In this document: positions 24,667 through 38,074 of the stretch, piece after piece
How the letters are laid out: each line of letters begins with the position of its first letter
Numbering within the stretch: the first letter of the stretch is position 1
NCBI RefSeq assembly: GCF_006345805.1
Contig: NC_042999.1
Location: 142,476,001 to 142,540,000 of the forward strand
Length of the DNA stretch: 64,000 nt
Direction of reading: 5' to 3'
DNA from: Octopus sinensis
Taxonomy: Eukaryota
Translations under genes and position numbers: made by a program
The notes under the pieces: model-generated
Databases searched by the model: none
Told to the model about the DNA's origin: nothing
The model's input: the letters and a program-made list of their open reading frames with translations, nothing else

Positions 24667-26193
24667 AGTGTGATGAAATCTATCTCCTAATCAAGAAATC
24701 CAGTGATGAATAGATGTTTATGGTCTCAGCATGAAATTTCAAGTGAGACAAAGTTGAAGGTCTACATTGCTTTTGTTTTGTCTTTGTTGCTATATGCATG
24801 TAAGACCTGGATTACTTATTGGAGATGAGAGAAAAAGCTGAAGTGATTTCAGTGATAATCTTCACCAATACTGGGTATCCGACTGCAAATGTATGCAAGT
24901 AATGTTGATATGCTCGAATGCAGTCTATCAACCAATATAGAGTCTCTAGTACTTCAGTACTGATTACAATGGTGTGATCATATGGTCAGGATGGAAGATG
25001 GTCATATCTAAGCAATTTCTGTATGGTGAATTAGCCTAGGGTAAAAGACCCTTGCACAAACCAAAACTAAGGTATAAGAGCTGCATCAAGAATACACTGG
25101 AGGAGGCCAAAATCTTTGAAAATGGATGGGTGAACCTTGCTCCAGATCGTTCACCTTGAAGGAAAGCAATGCATGAAGGGAGGTGAGGATTCAAAGAAAA
25201 TCACATCAAACATGAACAGTTTAAGAGAGATGTTGTGAGGGTCTTAATGTAATTTTAGTTGAGTATGTTGGCACATAGCATAATTTAATAGATGCCAAGA
25301 GTGAGAGTATCTGTCTAAATAACGTAGGCCTTAGAAGTCATCAGAGAAGCCACACACACATAGGAAAGTTATTAAGTATGTACTTGCAACATCTCTACTT
25401 GCAGGGAGTGTGGAGAAAAAATATGCATCAGGAGGCGGACTGAAACATCATATGAAGGTTCATTATTGCAACACTGACTGCAAGAGGCACCCATAATTGT
25501 TACATCTGTACAAAAGAGTGCAAGTCGTTAGCAGAACTGAAAATTCACATCTGTGCTGCTCATGTTTAAGAGAATAATCAAGCAATGACATTAATTTAAA
25601 CTGAGTTGTAGTCACTGAAGTTCCAGGTTAATTTAGGAGAGAATACAATCAGAGATGGGAAATAGAGGCTTTTAGAAAGACTAACAGTAAAGAACGATTT
25701 CCAGTAAAGGTGATGGGGGTAGGATTGGTTGGGTGCATCATGACTGGAGAAAACAATTGCTCAAGAAAACAATTGCTAAACATGGATTAGAGTAAGAAAA
25801 GAGAAAGAAGAAAAAATAGCATGGCACAAATGGCAAATTGAAGACATTAAAATATAAATAAGGCAGCACAGGGGCAATGAATGAATGTGACAAAATTAAA
25901 GAGAGAGGTAAAAACAGAATCTGATGCTTATCTTAGCATGATTTTCATTTATTGTACAAGGAGTCTGAAAGTACCTTCTTGTCCTGACGTTGCATAAAAT
26001 TTGTAAATGAGTGCTGCCATCATACAAGCAACGTCATTCATTTCCAGTCTTCTATGGAAACATCTCTAGTCATGAGGAAATATTACCTTGCTTGGAAACA
26101 GATGTGGGTTGGCTAGGAAAGGTATCCAGTCATAGAAAATCTGCTTCAATGAATTCCATTTCACCCATGCAAGCAGACGTTAAAATGATGATG

Positions 26194-26284
<91 letters not shown>

Positions 26285-26353
26285 ACACACGCACATCATT
26301 ATCATCATAGTTTAACGTCTATGTTCCATGCTGGCATGGTATATATATATATA

Positions 26354-26690
26354 TATAATCAAAATAAGCAACAAGGATATCCAAAGGTAATGCAGTACGA
26401 TCGTTTCATGCGACTCCATTTAATTAAACAATGCAAGTATTACAACAGTTCTAATCTTTTCAATTTAACTAAATTCTATATTTTTATGCAGCTGAAGATT
26501 GCTCTACATTTTAAAACTGATGTAATATTTGCATTGTTCAATTAAATGGAGTCACAGGAAACGATCATACTGCATTACCTTTGGATATCCTTGTTGCTTA
26601 TTTTGATTATAATCACTCCATTTTGAATTATATGGATAATACCATACCAAATTCTGGTGCCTTTAACTTAAGTACCATATTCATCTGAAT
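26354..26690. repeat. Foldback element: arms of about 95 bp plus a unique tail of about 80 bp, in (TA)n
   Basis: tataatcaaaataagcaacaaggatatccaaaggtaatgcagta... is mirrored by ...tactgcattacctttggatatccttgttgcttattttgattata, ending at 26611. Confidence 0.9.
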
Positions 26691-26993
26691 CTCTCTCTAT
26701 ATATATATATAAAACAGTTACAGAAATCTATTGCAGGTTTCTGCCTGGTCGGCTCCTGTCAAATCGTCTCACCCATGCCAGCATGGAAGGCAGACATTAA
26801 ATAATGATGATGATGATATACTTCGGATATATGTTACACTGATGATATATATATATAGGCAAGTCAAATGTTAAATTTTGTTTTCGGATATAATTATTTT
26901 CATCATGCAAGGCTAGTAATAGAAGAGACAATTAAGCTGACTGTGTGGGAGGTGGTACATACACACACTCATACATTCAGAAACACACACACT

Positions 26994-27066
<73 letters not shown>

Positions 27067-27090
27067 GCAAACACACACACACACACACGC

Positions 27091-27122
<32 letters not shown>

Positions 27123-27123
27123 G

Positions 27124-27159
<36 letters not shown>

Positions 27160-27972
27160 GCTGATGGATGAGGTATTGTGGACGCCAAAGGAGAGGTAAG
27201 TTGAATCTAAACAAAGAATTGCAGAAAAGAGTGACAATCAATTGATGAATGAGGTATTTACTGATCAAATTTTGGCATCTTTATTTCATCTGAACATATT
27301 TAACTGTTATTTTTCTATTAATAATCAATACATTTTATGTATTATTTCAATGACATATTTTCACTTTGCCAACTTAAGACAGTGAATTATAAAGAAGGCA
27401 GACAGGAAAACACAGCAAAAGTAGTTAAGACAACCAATTCAGATTCATAGCATCTTTGAGAGACCTAGCTGAGATCATTAACAAAAGTTTTCACTGCATT
27501 ACTGAATGCCAATTGCTAAAAACATATCTCACTCATCTTAGTTTAGAGATTTTTATCTGGTCTGATAGGGAGGGAAAATCCTAGAGCTAAGAAACCTATT
27601 AAGCAACTAGCACGTGCATATGAGGAAACTGAAATTCTTGTTATGATTAGATCTGCTATGGTATTTTCTTTGATCTTTTGCTTGTTTCAGTCATGGCACA
27701 CGGTCATACTGGAGCACTGTCTTGAAGGGTTTATATTGAAGAAATTGACATTAGTTACTTGTTTTAAAAGTTTGGTATTTATTCTAGTGGTTCCTTTTGC
27801 TGAATCTCAAATTTATGGGTACATTAACAAGCCAATACCAGTTGTCAAAGTGTGGGGCACAGGACAAACACAAAGACACACACACACACACACACACACA
27901 TAATGAGGTTCCACATGTGTATGTATATATATGTGTGTGCATATATATATATATATATATGTAAAACTGAGA

Positions 27973-28011
<39 letters not shown>

Positions 28012-28189
28012 TGTCTGTCTGTTTATGTGTCTGTATGTGTGCATCACTAAAACTGGAGAACTACCCAACCAATTTCATTCAAATTTTATATATGCTTTAC
28101 TTAGGGTCCATAGAGTGTCATGCCCTCCCCCCCACAAAGTTTCCACTTCTTGCCTAATGTGAGCCCAGAGAAATCTCTTATCTCTTACA

Positions 28190-28590
28190 CCGTTTTGGTT
28201 GTTGGAAGCACTCCGTCGGTTACGACGACGGGGGTTCCGGTTGATCCAAATCAATGGAACAGCCTGCTCGTGAAATTAACGTGTAAGTGGCTGAGCACTC
28301 CACAGGCACGTGTACCCTTAACGTAGTTCTTGGGGATATTCAGCGTGACACAGAGACTAACAAGGCCGGCCCTTTGAAATACAGGTACAACAGAAACAGA
28401 AAGTAAGAGAGAGAGAGAGTTGTGGTGAAAGAGTACAGCAGGGATCACCACCATCCCCTGCCGGAGCCTCGTGAAGCTTTAGGTGTTTTCGCTCAATAAA
28501 CACTCACAACGCCCGGTCTGAGAATCGAAACTGTGATCCTATGACCGCGAGTCCACTACCCTAACCACTGGGCCATTGCACCTCCACACT
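28190..28590 (-). mobile_element. tRNA-derived SINE (head family 1, tail type a)
   Basis: Minus strand has the A box TGGCCCAGTGG and a B-box-like GTTTCGATTC. The head is shared with the copies ending at 38380 and 45925. Confidence 0.85.
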
Positions 28591-28745
28591 GTTTTGGTAT
28601 TACGTGTCAAAAGTGAAACAATAACATCTCTATCGTAATGTGATATAATAGTTTCAGTATTATATGGTTTCAATTTCAATTACTTTCACTGTGTATATAT
28701 ATATACTAGTTCCATTTCTATTAGTTTCTTTATGTATTTATATAC

Positions 28746-28791
<46 letters not shown>

Positions 28792-28793
<2 letters not shown>

Positions 28794-28953
28794 CGTGGGC
28801 GTAGCTGTGTGTTAAGAAACTTGCTTCCCAACCACATGGTTCCAGGTTGAGTCCCACTACATGGCACCTTGGGCAAGTGTCTTCTACTAGACCCTTGGGC
28901 CGACCAAAGCTATGTCAGTGGATTTGGTTCATGGAAACTGAAAGAAGTCTGTC

Positions 28954-28984
<31 letters not shown>

Positions 28985-29210
28985 ATATATATTTATGTGT
29001 GTGTATTTGTATCTGTGTTTGTTCCCTTCCATCATTGCTTAGAAACTGATGTTCATGTGTTTACGTCCCCGTTATTGGTTCAGCAGAAGATATCAATAGA
29101 ATAAGCATCAAGCTTACAAAGAATAAGTCCAGGGCTTGATTTCTTCAACTAAAAGGTGGTGCTCCAGTATAGCCACACTCAAATGACTGAAACAAGTAAC
29201 AGAGTAAAAG
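28792..29210 (+). mobile_element. tRNA-derived SINE (family 2) with internal TA microsatellite. Other copies at about 27660-27880(-), 29870-30020(-), 35925-36520(-) and 43940-44100(+)
   Basis: A-box-like gtagctgtgtgttaag, B-box-like ggttgagtccc and the CORE-like accttgggcaagtgtctt. Multiple similar copies occur in the window. Confidence 0.85.
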
Positions 29211-29299
29211 AGTAATATATATATATATATATAATGTCATCAAACATTCTACATAGAAAATCTTTGCAAATGATTCCAAACTTCAGAAAGCCATAAACG

Positions 29300-29595
29300 G
29301 CATGGGAGACTAAACATGCCTTCAGTCAGATCTATTTGCTATTGTCCAATGGGTGGAAAAAAACAATATGCTTTTCCCTTGGGCGACTCCCTAGTGTCAT
29401 CCAACAACACCAGAGACCGTGGAGTAATTGTTGATAACAATCTAAGCTGAAGTTCCCACGTAAACAGCAAGGTTGACTTGGCCTGCAGGATGTGCTCCTG
29501 GAATCTTAGAACTTTCCGGTCAAGAGATGCCTACACCATCATCCTTTCCTACTCTACTTTTGCCTGATCCCACCTTGAATACTGTTGCCCACTGT
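29300..29595 (+). mobile_element. CR1/Jockey-group LINE fragment (post-RT region)
   Basis: RDRGVIVDNNLS*SSHVN..LRTFRSRD..YSTFA*SHLEYCCPL. Confidence 0.75.
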
Positions 29596-30429
29596 TTTTA
29601 TATATTTTTGTTACAGTGAGTGATTTAAAATATAACTGATTTCAATGTATCCATCTTATCAAATATTAGAAAGAATTTTGGGGCAAGTCCGAGTGAAAAA
29701 AAAGAAAAACCAAATTGGGGGTTTAACAGTTTGTACCCATATTTTTTAGTTCTCAGTAAAATTTTGTTTTAGAGTCATTCTCTTATATATGTTTTGTCTA
29801 TGTAGGTTTGAAGTGGGGTTCAAAAGTTCAAGTTTCAGGAATTCTATTGAAAAAAAAATATACAAAATGAGCTTTCACACACTTTCTGTTTATCAAATTC
29901 AATCTCAAGGCATTTGTCAATCTGAGGCTATAGCAGAAGTCATTTGCCCAAGGTGTTGAACTCAAAAAGTGTGACTGAACCTGAAAGTGAGCTGCTTAAC
30001 CACAAAGCCATGCCTGTGTCCATGTTATTTCCTTTTGAACTTTGAAAAAGGCGTTTTTGATACTGAAATATCAGATCAATAATAGATATTGCTCTAAAAG
30101 AAAAAAAAAGTTACCATTTGGTCACCTTGTTTCATAAATGACTTTTCATAGAATAATTTTCTAAGTACAATATCTATTTTTTTTTATCTATAATGATGTG
30201 AAGTAAAGATTAAAGTACATTGTAATTGGATATGATGCCATTAATGACAGACTAATTAATTATCTACAATCTGTCATAAATAACTTATGTAACTGGTGCA
30301 GTAGAAATATTTAAAATTATTCAAAAGTTTTTAAAAAATTCTTAATGTCAACAACATGCATATATATACATACATACATACATACATACATACATACATA
30401 CATACATACATACATACATACATTGAGTA

Positions 30430-31400
30430 TGGCCATTGCACGAGGCTTAACTGTTATTGGGGATTTGATCGAATGTGACTTTTTAGTCCAGCTAAAGATC
30501 TACAATGTTTTGTACAGAATTGGCAGCTAAAACCTTTACCAGGAATAGTCGGCTGTAGTTGTAACTGGGCTTCATGTACTTTTGCATGTTGTTTAAGTCC
30601 TCCCACTGAATTACACTCCCTTCTACATACCTGACATATATGATTAGTATGGTGTGTAGCACTACCACCAATGGCCTGGTTGTCAATCATCTGTCTCGCT
30701 TTATGACTATGAAGATGACTCTTGAGTCCAGCTTTACTGAGACAGGGTCTTGCACAGACACTGCATGTCAGAATCATAAGAAGACCCTTACCATCTGGAA
30801 GTACAACAGTGATGCCCCTCCTAACATCCCTCCTTACTTTCTCATGCACAATTCAAGATTTCTCAAAAGTAGCTGTCCAATTGTGCACAATCCTTCTCCA
30901 CTTGCTACAGTCAATAGCTATTCCCTCCCATGTGTCAGGAGAGATGTAAGCATCTCTTAAGGAAGCCTTCAGCAAGTCCTTATACTTCTTTTTTGGTTTA
31001 TGTGGAGGTCGTTCTCCTTTAGCTAACTCTCCATAAAAGAGTTGTTTTGGCATCCTTGAATCCTTCATCCTGATCAGATGCCCACTCCATCTGAGCCTTT
31101 GCTTTAACACTAGAGCTTCTATTCTTTCACACCGAGAGTGTTCCAATATTTCAAGATCACTGGTGCGGTCCTTCCACTTAATGCCATAGATCCATCTGAG
31201 GCACATCTGATGGAAACGTTCCAGTTGTTTAAGGTGGTATTGATATGTGACCCACATGATGGCTGTCCACTCATGACCAAAATAGATTTCTTCAGAGTTG
31301 CATTTAAATCAATTTTAGTTGCTGGTTTGATAACAGGGACATTTTGTAGCTCCAATGAAGAAAATTCTAAATGGTATGTACATCAGAATGCTGTTCTAAA
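30430..31400 (-). mobile_element. RTE (BovB-like) LINE 3' part with three tandem C2H2 zinc fingers
   Basis: ORFs 30853-31257 (LERFHQMCLR, RLRWSGHLIRM, PKQLFYGEL) and 30454-30849 (CSVC..HLHSH, CQVC..HAKVH, CQFC..HIRS) are in the same frame and separated by one TGA. Confidence 0.9.
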
Positions 31401-31429
31401 TATCTCATGGTACCAACATATAACTAACT

Positions 31430-31700
31430 AAGTACTTTACTATGACATCCGATATAATACAGAGACAATACAAAAGCACTGGCTGACATTTATTGGTCAA
31501 TGCTGGCATAACTAGGAGGAGCTAGTTGCCAAAATTTTTCTGTGGTAACCTTCTGATGGTAAATGGGGAAGAGACAGACCAGAAAAATCTACATCAATCA
31601 ATTGTTAGAAGGCATTGGATGCCCTAGCTAAGGGTCCTAAAGATGCCATGAATAACAAAGAGGAATGGAAAAAGTGTGTGAAGAATGCAGAGAAGTTCTT
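31430..31700 (+). mobile_element. Old RTE/Proto2-like LINE 3' end
   Basis: TETIQKHWLTFIGQCW..ELVAKIFLW*P..RP..YINQL..AMNNKEEWKK. Confidence 0.55.
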
Positions 31701-31798
31701 GATCCACAACATATTATCATCATTACCATCATTTAATGCCCTTGTTCCATGCTGGCATGGACTGGACTAATATACACACATAATGCATACATACATAG

Positions 31799-31850
<52 letters not shown>

Positions 31851-31874
31851 TCATCATCATCATCATCACCATCA

Positions 31875-32400
31875 TCCTTTAATGTCCATTTTCCATGCTG
31901 GCATGGGTTGGCAAGCTGGAGAGTTGCACCAGGTTCTAGTCTAATTTGGCTTGGTTTCTATGGCTGGATGACCTTCACAATGCCAATCACTTTACAGTGT
32001 GTGCTAAGTGCTTTTAACGTGGCACTGGCATGAGCACTTTTGTATGGCACCAGCATGAGTGCAGGGCTTTTGCAGGCCAATTGTCTTCATCAAGGAGAGC
32101 AGTCTTAACGCTTCTGTTGTTGAGGACAGGTTTTCTTGAGTACAGTAAGGCAACAGATATCTCGGTTCTTTGTCATCTCCTCCTTAAGGTTCAGTGTCCT
32201 GATGTCACCCTTCAGTACTTTGTCCCATGACTTCCTGGGTCTCCATCTTCTATGAGTTCCATCCACTTCAGTACTTCTTTTTGGAGCTGTTGACATCCAT
32301 CTGTATCTCATGACCAAACCAGCAGTCTTCTCTCTTGCTTTCTGCATCTAATTCCTCTTATGTTTAACTTCTCTCTCAATACACCAGCACTCTGTTGCAC
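31875..32400 (-). mobile_element. RTE LINE 3' end with 3' UTR and (ATG)n tail
   Basis: LREKLNIRGI and RRWRPRKSWDKVLKGDIRTLNL. The 3' UTR ends ccatgccagcatggaaaatggacattaaa-(GAT)n, like other copies. Confidence 0.75.
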
Positions 32401-32452
32401 ATGTGTGTGTGTGTGTTTGTGTGTGTGTTTGTGTGTGTGTGTGCGTGTGTAT

Positions 32453-32488
<36 letters not shown>

Positions 32489-34440
32489 ATATTTTTATAC
32501 ACAGACACAAAAATAAGTACATACAGTTATCCAATAGATATAATCAGAATTAAAATTGCTCTAATGCCTGCTTTCTTACACAGGCAGGGGTAGCACAGGT
32601 CTGCTGTTCATTCAAGGTGATGATGAGGATGATAACAATGATGATGATGAAGATATGAAGGTGGAGGATGATGATGGTGACAACGATGCTGCTGCTGCTG
32701 ATAATGAGGATGATTGGTGAAGTGGTGGAGTGGAAGAGGAGGACGGACAAGTAAAGAGGAGAAGCAGTTACGGAACAGTTGGCACCAAACTGAGTGATGC
32801 ATCAAGCAAATTATCTCCTGATAGGAAGTCAGTAGACAATGAAGTAATGAATCAATGAAGCACAGTGGAGAAGCAACAACAATGAGAACAACAAAAACAA
32901 CAACAATAATAACAACAACAACAACAATATGAACATTTAATGAAGTGCTGAAAATTCATCAATAGTTGATTATGAATCAACAGTGTCAACTCTTGGAATC
33001 ACATAGGCTAGACAGTAACCATCATGATTATAGTTTCATTATTTCTCTGTGTCTGCCAGTCTCTCTTTCTCTCTCTCTGCCTCTGCCCGTCACACTCTCT
33101 GTCTGTCTGTTTCTGTTTGTCTGTCTGTCTCATAAATTGTTGGGAACTTTATCAATAAAATCAAATATATTGATAGATCGTTTTGTTTTGGTTTTTGTTT
33201 TGGACAAACTGATTGATGTTGTTGTTTTGTTGTCATTACTGTCTCTGCTGCTGTTAAAACAATAATATTTCATTTTGGTTGCTGTTGCTGTTACTGTTGC
33301 TGTTTTTGTTAGTATCCTTATTGATATTTGATGTTGTTACTTACATTGGTTTTTGCTGCTCTTGTTGTTGCTGCTGCTGCTGATATTGCTCTTTCACACT
33401 AGATCAAAGATCAATTCTGATCGAGCAGACATATATGATCGCAGACTTTCCAATCATGACAAGCATGTCCATTGTTTTTCTAGATGTAGATTTAATCACT
33501 TTTATTGTTGCTGTGATGTGGGAATCTACAGCTTCTGTTTGCAGATTATTAACTCACATTAAAGCCTAAGATGAATAGTAGCTTCCAATGGGAGATGACT
33601 CAGACCATGTCAGCATGGAAAGCTAATGTAAAATGATGATGATGGTGTGGATGAAGACACATTTACAGTGCTAGTAAAGTGTTTCATTTAAGACCTTTGA
33701 TCCCTAGGGATCACAGGCCATGAGTAATTTTTCTCCACTGTTCATGACTCTGGGTGTCATTAAGGTATGAACCTATCCATCTCCACATGTGTCTTAAAGG
33801 AAGGCTTTTATTTTTCTCAAGGCCTTGTTGGTTTTGAATTGTCATCAACACTTCTTTAACTTTGCTTTTTCTTGGTAGGGATGTTGACTCTATGCAAACC
33901 CATTTTTACTTCCAGGAAGAGGTGGCCCATATTAGTTCAGCTTCTATCCTTTGACCTGTCAAGCAAAGGAGACCCTACAAGGAGCTTGTGCCCTCCTGGC
34001 ATACCTCTCAGGATCATTGAAGCTCACAAATCACTACATTGAAAAACAAAGACTGGACCTTGCAGTGAATGCTAGCAATCTCAAAAAGTTGGAGTTTTCA
34101 AGCATTGAAAACGACCAACTAACACACAGTTTGTAAATACAGGTAGAACATTTAAAAAAAATGCAAAACTTAAATTCATAAGTAACTCTTTATTGCTATT
34201 ATTTTCTGAATTCTAGTGATGCAATGTACTTTTCTGTTACAGACCAGATCCTTATAAGAAGAACTCAAATAATTAAATAATGAAAGAGAATACACATACA
34301 GTTATACATTTATGCATTCATCCATATGTGCAACTGCATATGCACATGCACACATACACAATCATGTATGCATGCACATGTACAGTATGTGAGTATGAGT
34401 GTATATATATGTGTGTGTGTGTGTGTGTGTGCATGTGATC

Positions 34441-35885
34441 ATCATCATTGTTTAACATCCGTTTTCCATGCTGGCATGGGTTGGACGGTTTGACTGAGGA
34501 CTGGCAAGCCAGTAGGCTGCACCAGGCTCCAATCTGATCTGGCAGGTTTCTACAGCTGGATGCCCTTCCTAACACCAACCACTCCAAGAATGTAATGGCT
34601 GCTTTTTACATGCCAAAGGCATGGGAGCCAATCAGGTGGCACTGGCATTGACCACGTTCAGATGGTGCCTTTTACATACCACCAACACAGCAGCCAGTCG
34701 GGGGGCACTGATATCGACCATGTTTGGATGGTGCCTTTTACATGCCACTGGCATGGTGAGCCAGTCAGGTGGCACTGGCATTGACTCATGCTTCAATGGT
34801 GCTTATTACATGCTACCAGCATGGGTGCTAGTCAGGTGGCACTGGCATCAGCCATAACTACAATTTCCATTTTGATTTTGATTTTGATTTTACTTGACTC
34901 AATAGGTCTTCTCAAGTACAGCGTATTGCCCAGCAATTCAAGGGTACTTTTAAATGGGCTGGTTATGCAACACTGGTATCAGCCATGGCTGTGATCTCAC
35001 TTTACTTGCCAGGTCTTCTCAACCACAGCATATCTTTAAAGGTCTTGGTCTCTTGTCGTTGCCTTTGTGAGGCCCAATGTTTGAAGGTCATGCTTCACCA
35101 CCTCATCCCATGTCTTCCTGGGTCTCCCTCTTCCACGGATTCCTTCCACTGTTAGGGTGTGACATTTCTTCACACAGCTCTCCTCATCCATATGCAGCAC
35201 ATGACCAGTGCAGTCATCTCTCTTGCTCACATCTGATGCTTCTTATGTCCAACATTTCTCTCAAGACGCTTACACTCTGTTCTGTTTGCACACTGACATT
35301 ATACATCCAGCAGATCATACTAGCTTCATTTATTTCAAGCCTGTGTATGTCCTCAACAGTCATGGTCGATGTTTCACTGTCGTGTAGCATGGCTGTTTGC
35401 ACACAAGCATCATACAGTCTACTTTTCACTCTGAGTGAGAGGCCCTTTGTTACCAGCAGAGGTAGGAGCTTCCTAAACTTTGCCCAGGATATTCTTATTC
35501 TAGTGGCAACACTCTCAGAGCATTCAACCTCACTGCAGACTTGGTCACCTAGGTAGCAGAAGCTATCAACTACTTCTAGTTTCTCCCCCTGGTATGTAAT
35601 GGAATCCATTTTCTGTACATTTTCAGTATTTATTGCTCCTGTGCATCTGCCACACACAAAACTATCTTCCTGGTTAACCTTCCTTTGATATTGCTGCACC
35701 TCCTATGTGACCATAGCTTACACTGGGTACATCTTATGGAGTTTCTACCTATGCCTTTTCTACAGATTGAGCAGGGCCATCTACCCGAAGGGGTCTGTGA
35801 CTTGTCTGCCTTCCTACTTCAGTTTTTGCTAGATTGACTCTAAGGCTCTTCGATTCTAGACCTTGCTTCCATACTTGAATCTTCA
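34441..35885 (-). mobile_element. RTE-clade LINE 3' part with a PHD-type finger inside the RT region and tandem ~60-bp units in the 3' UTR
   Basis: WPCSICRKGIGRNSIRCTQCKLWSHRRCS..FVCGRC, then LEVVDSFCYLGD, RIRISWAKFRKL, RLYDACV, GHVLHM and RGRPRKTW. Confidence 0.88.
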
Positions 35886-36218
35886 TCTCTAATACATACA
35901 TATGTGTGTGTATGTGTTACTCTTTTACTCTTTTACTCGGTTCAGTCATTTGACTGCGGCCATGCTGGAGCACCACCTTTTAGTTGAGCAAATCGACCCC
36001 AGGACTTATTCTTTGGAAGCCTAGTACTTATTCTATTGGTCTCTTTTGCCAAACTGCCAAGTTATGGGGATGTAAACACACCACCATCGGTTGTCAAGCG
36101 TTGTTGGGGGGACAAACACAGATGCACAAACATACACACACATATATATATACCTTTATATATTTGCTAAATATTTATTGGCTAAACTGGTAAAATGACC
36201 ATTCCTAAATACAACAAC

Positions 36219-36251
<33 letters not shown>

Positions 36252-36256
36252 TATAT

Positions 36257-36349
<93 letters not shown>

Positions 36350-37976
36350 CACACACACATATATACGACGGGCTTCTTTCAATTTCTATCTACCAAATCC
36401 ACTCACAAGGCTTTGGTTGGCCCGAGGCTATAGTAGAAGACACTTGCCCAAGGTGCCATGCAGTGGAACTGAGCCCGGAACCATGTGGTTGGTAAGCAAG
36501 CTACTTACCTCACAGCCATTCCTGCTGTATAATTTTATATGTATGTATAGCATTGGATTTGATCCTATGTTTTGCCACATAGAAATCACAATTCAATCCT
36601 GTGCACAACCAAGATTTTATCCAATGAATGGCTATTATTCACATGATAGTTCGGTGGTAAGACTAGCACTTTCTATGAGTGAGGCTTACAAATACAGGCA
36701 AATTGAGCACCAAATATTCAGAGTGTCTTGGGTGAAGTTGGCACACACACACTCTCCTAAATAGCTGTTGTGCAACTGCATATTCAGTCCTGTGCAGCTG
36801 CATATTCAACCTGGAATGATCAAAGAAAAAGACACACCATATCACCTGAATATGTATTTGATATGTAAAACTTAGCTCAAATGTTGAGTTTCAAGCAAAA
36901 ACTTTCTGTATGCGTCATATCACACTGTTTCATCTGGATGCTTCCATTAACTGTATTGCATGAACATCTTCCTATTAATGTAACAAATTATTTGCCAATA
37001 CATAAAGAAGCCTTCCATGTTACATATTTATCAACATACACATACACACGTATGCATTCACATACATATATTTATAAATTTTTATGGTGTAATATAAAAC
37101 TTAATGACATATTTTGGAGCATTTAGGACTCCATATATATTCTGTTTGTGTAATTGTACTTGTATCATTTAGTATGAATCCCAAGTTTGGGTATTTCACA
37201 GAGTATATGCAAGACATAAAACAAATCATGGAAGGTTGTTTGTAAGATATTTAGTTACATTATCTTACATATGTTTCTTTAACAAAAATCAATTGGTTTA
37301 TATTCATAATGTAAATTAACATACAAATGTACATGTGTTTGTATGTATACATGTATGTATCTGTTAATATAGGCTGTAGTTTTGAAGAACAGTATATTAA
37401 ATTCATATATATATATATAAATATATATATATAACTGTTTAAGTTTAGGTTTAGGGTTAGGGTTAGGGTGAGTATGTAAATGAGTAGTATAAGATGGGAA
37501 TTCAAATATCATCATCATCATCATCATCGTTTAGTGGTTATCACAGAAAGCTCCTCTTATGAACTTGGCTAACAGTCCACATTGTGATCTAGTATAGAGA
37601 AGTGTAATGTAGAGTGTGCAGGCAACTGAAGTCCAGAAAATCCCATTGATGAAATTATTCCACGAGGGGTATGTAAAACATAATAATCAGGATGTATGAG
37701 AGGTGAAGATACATTTTTATTTAACCTTGTGACATCCTTAGAGTTACAGCTGTTTCACAACCTTCTTCGTGTAGTATCAATTTCAGTATGGAAGAAATTA
37801 TGCTCGTATATTTGCATTAATATGCATGCTCGCCATTATACAATACAACTGTATATTCACAAATCAATGTAAGTAAAATGAAAATAGCTTAACAGATCAC
37901 CAGAACATCATGGTCACATCAATGATTTAACTCTATATATGTGTGTATGTGTGTGCACTCACACACACATACATGC

Positions 37977-38008
<32 letters not shown>

Positions 38009-38074
38009 ACATACATACATACATATTTATACATACATACATCTTTATACATACACATACATATATATATATAT

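Larger units (their letters stand above)
23805..25565 (+). mobile_element. Decayed RTE (BovB-like) LINE with three C-terminal C2H2 fingers, interrupted by an LTR element
   Basis: FLYADD..AHS.SDMQHLIDSFTTACSAFGL, LLYAC.TW, W.DHMVRMEDG, LYGEL..GKR..HKPKLRYK, then GLRSHQRSH, CRECG..GGLKHHMKVH and CYICTKECKSLAELKIHI. Confidence 0.85.

Noticed and set aside
28510-28590. tRNA genes at SINE heads (also near 38300-38380 and 45850-45925)
   Set aside because: A and B boxes are present, but there is no convincing cloverleaf and each continues into a SINE body.
37444-37470. TTAGGG repeats (also near 15290) as telomeric sequence
   Set aside because: Only 2-4 units, not distinguishable from chance or simple-repeat noise.
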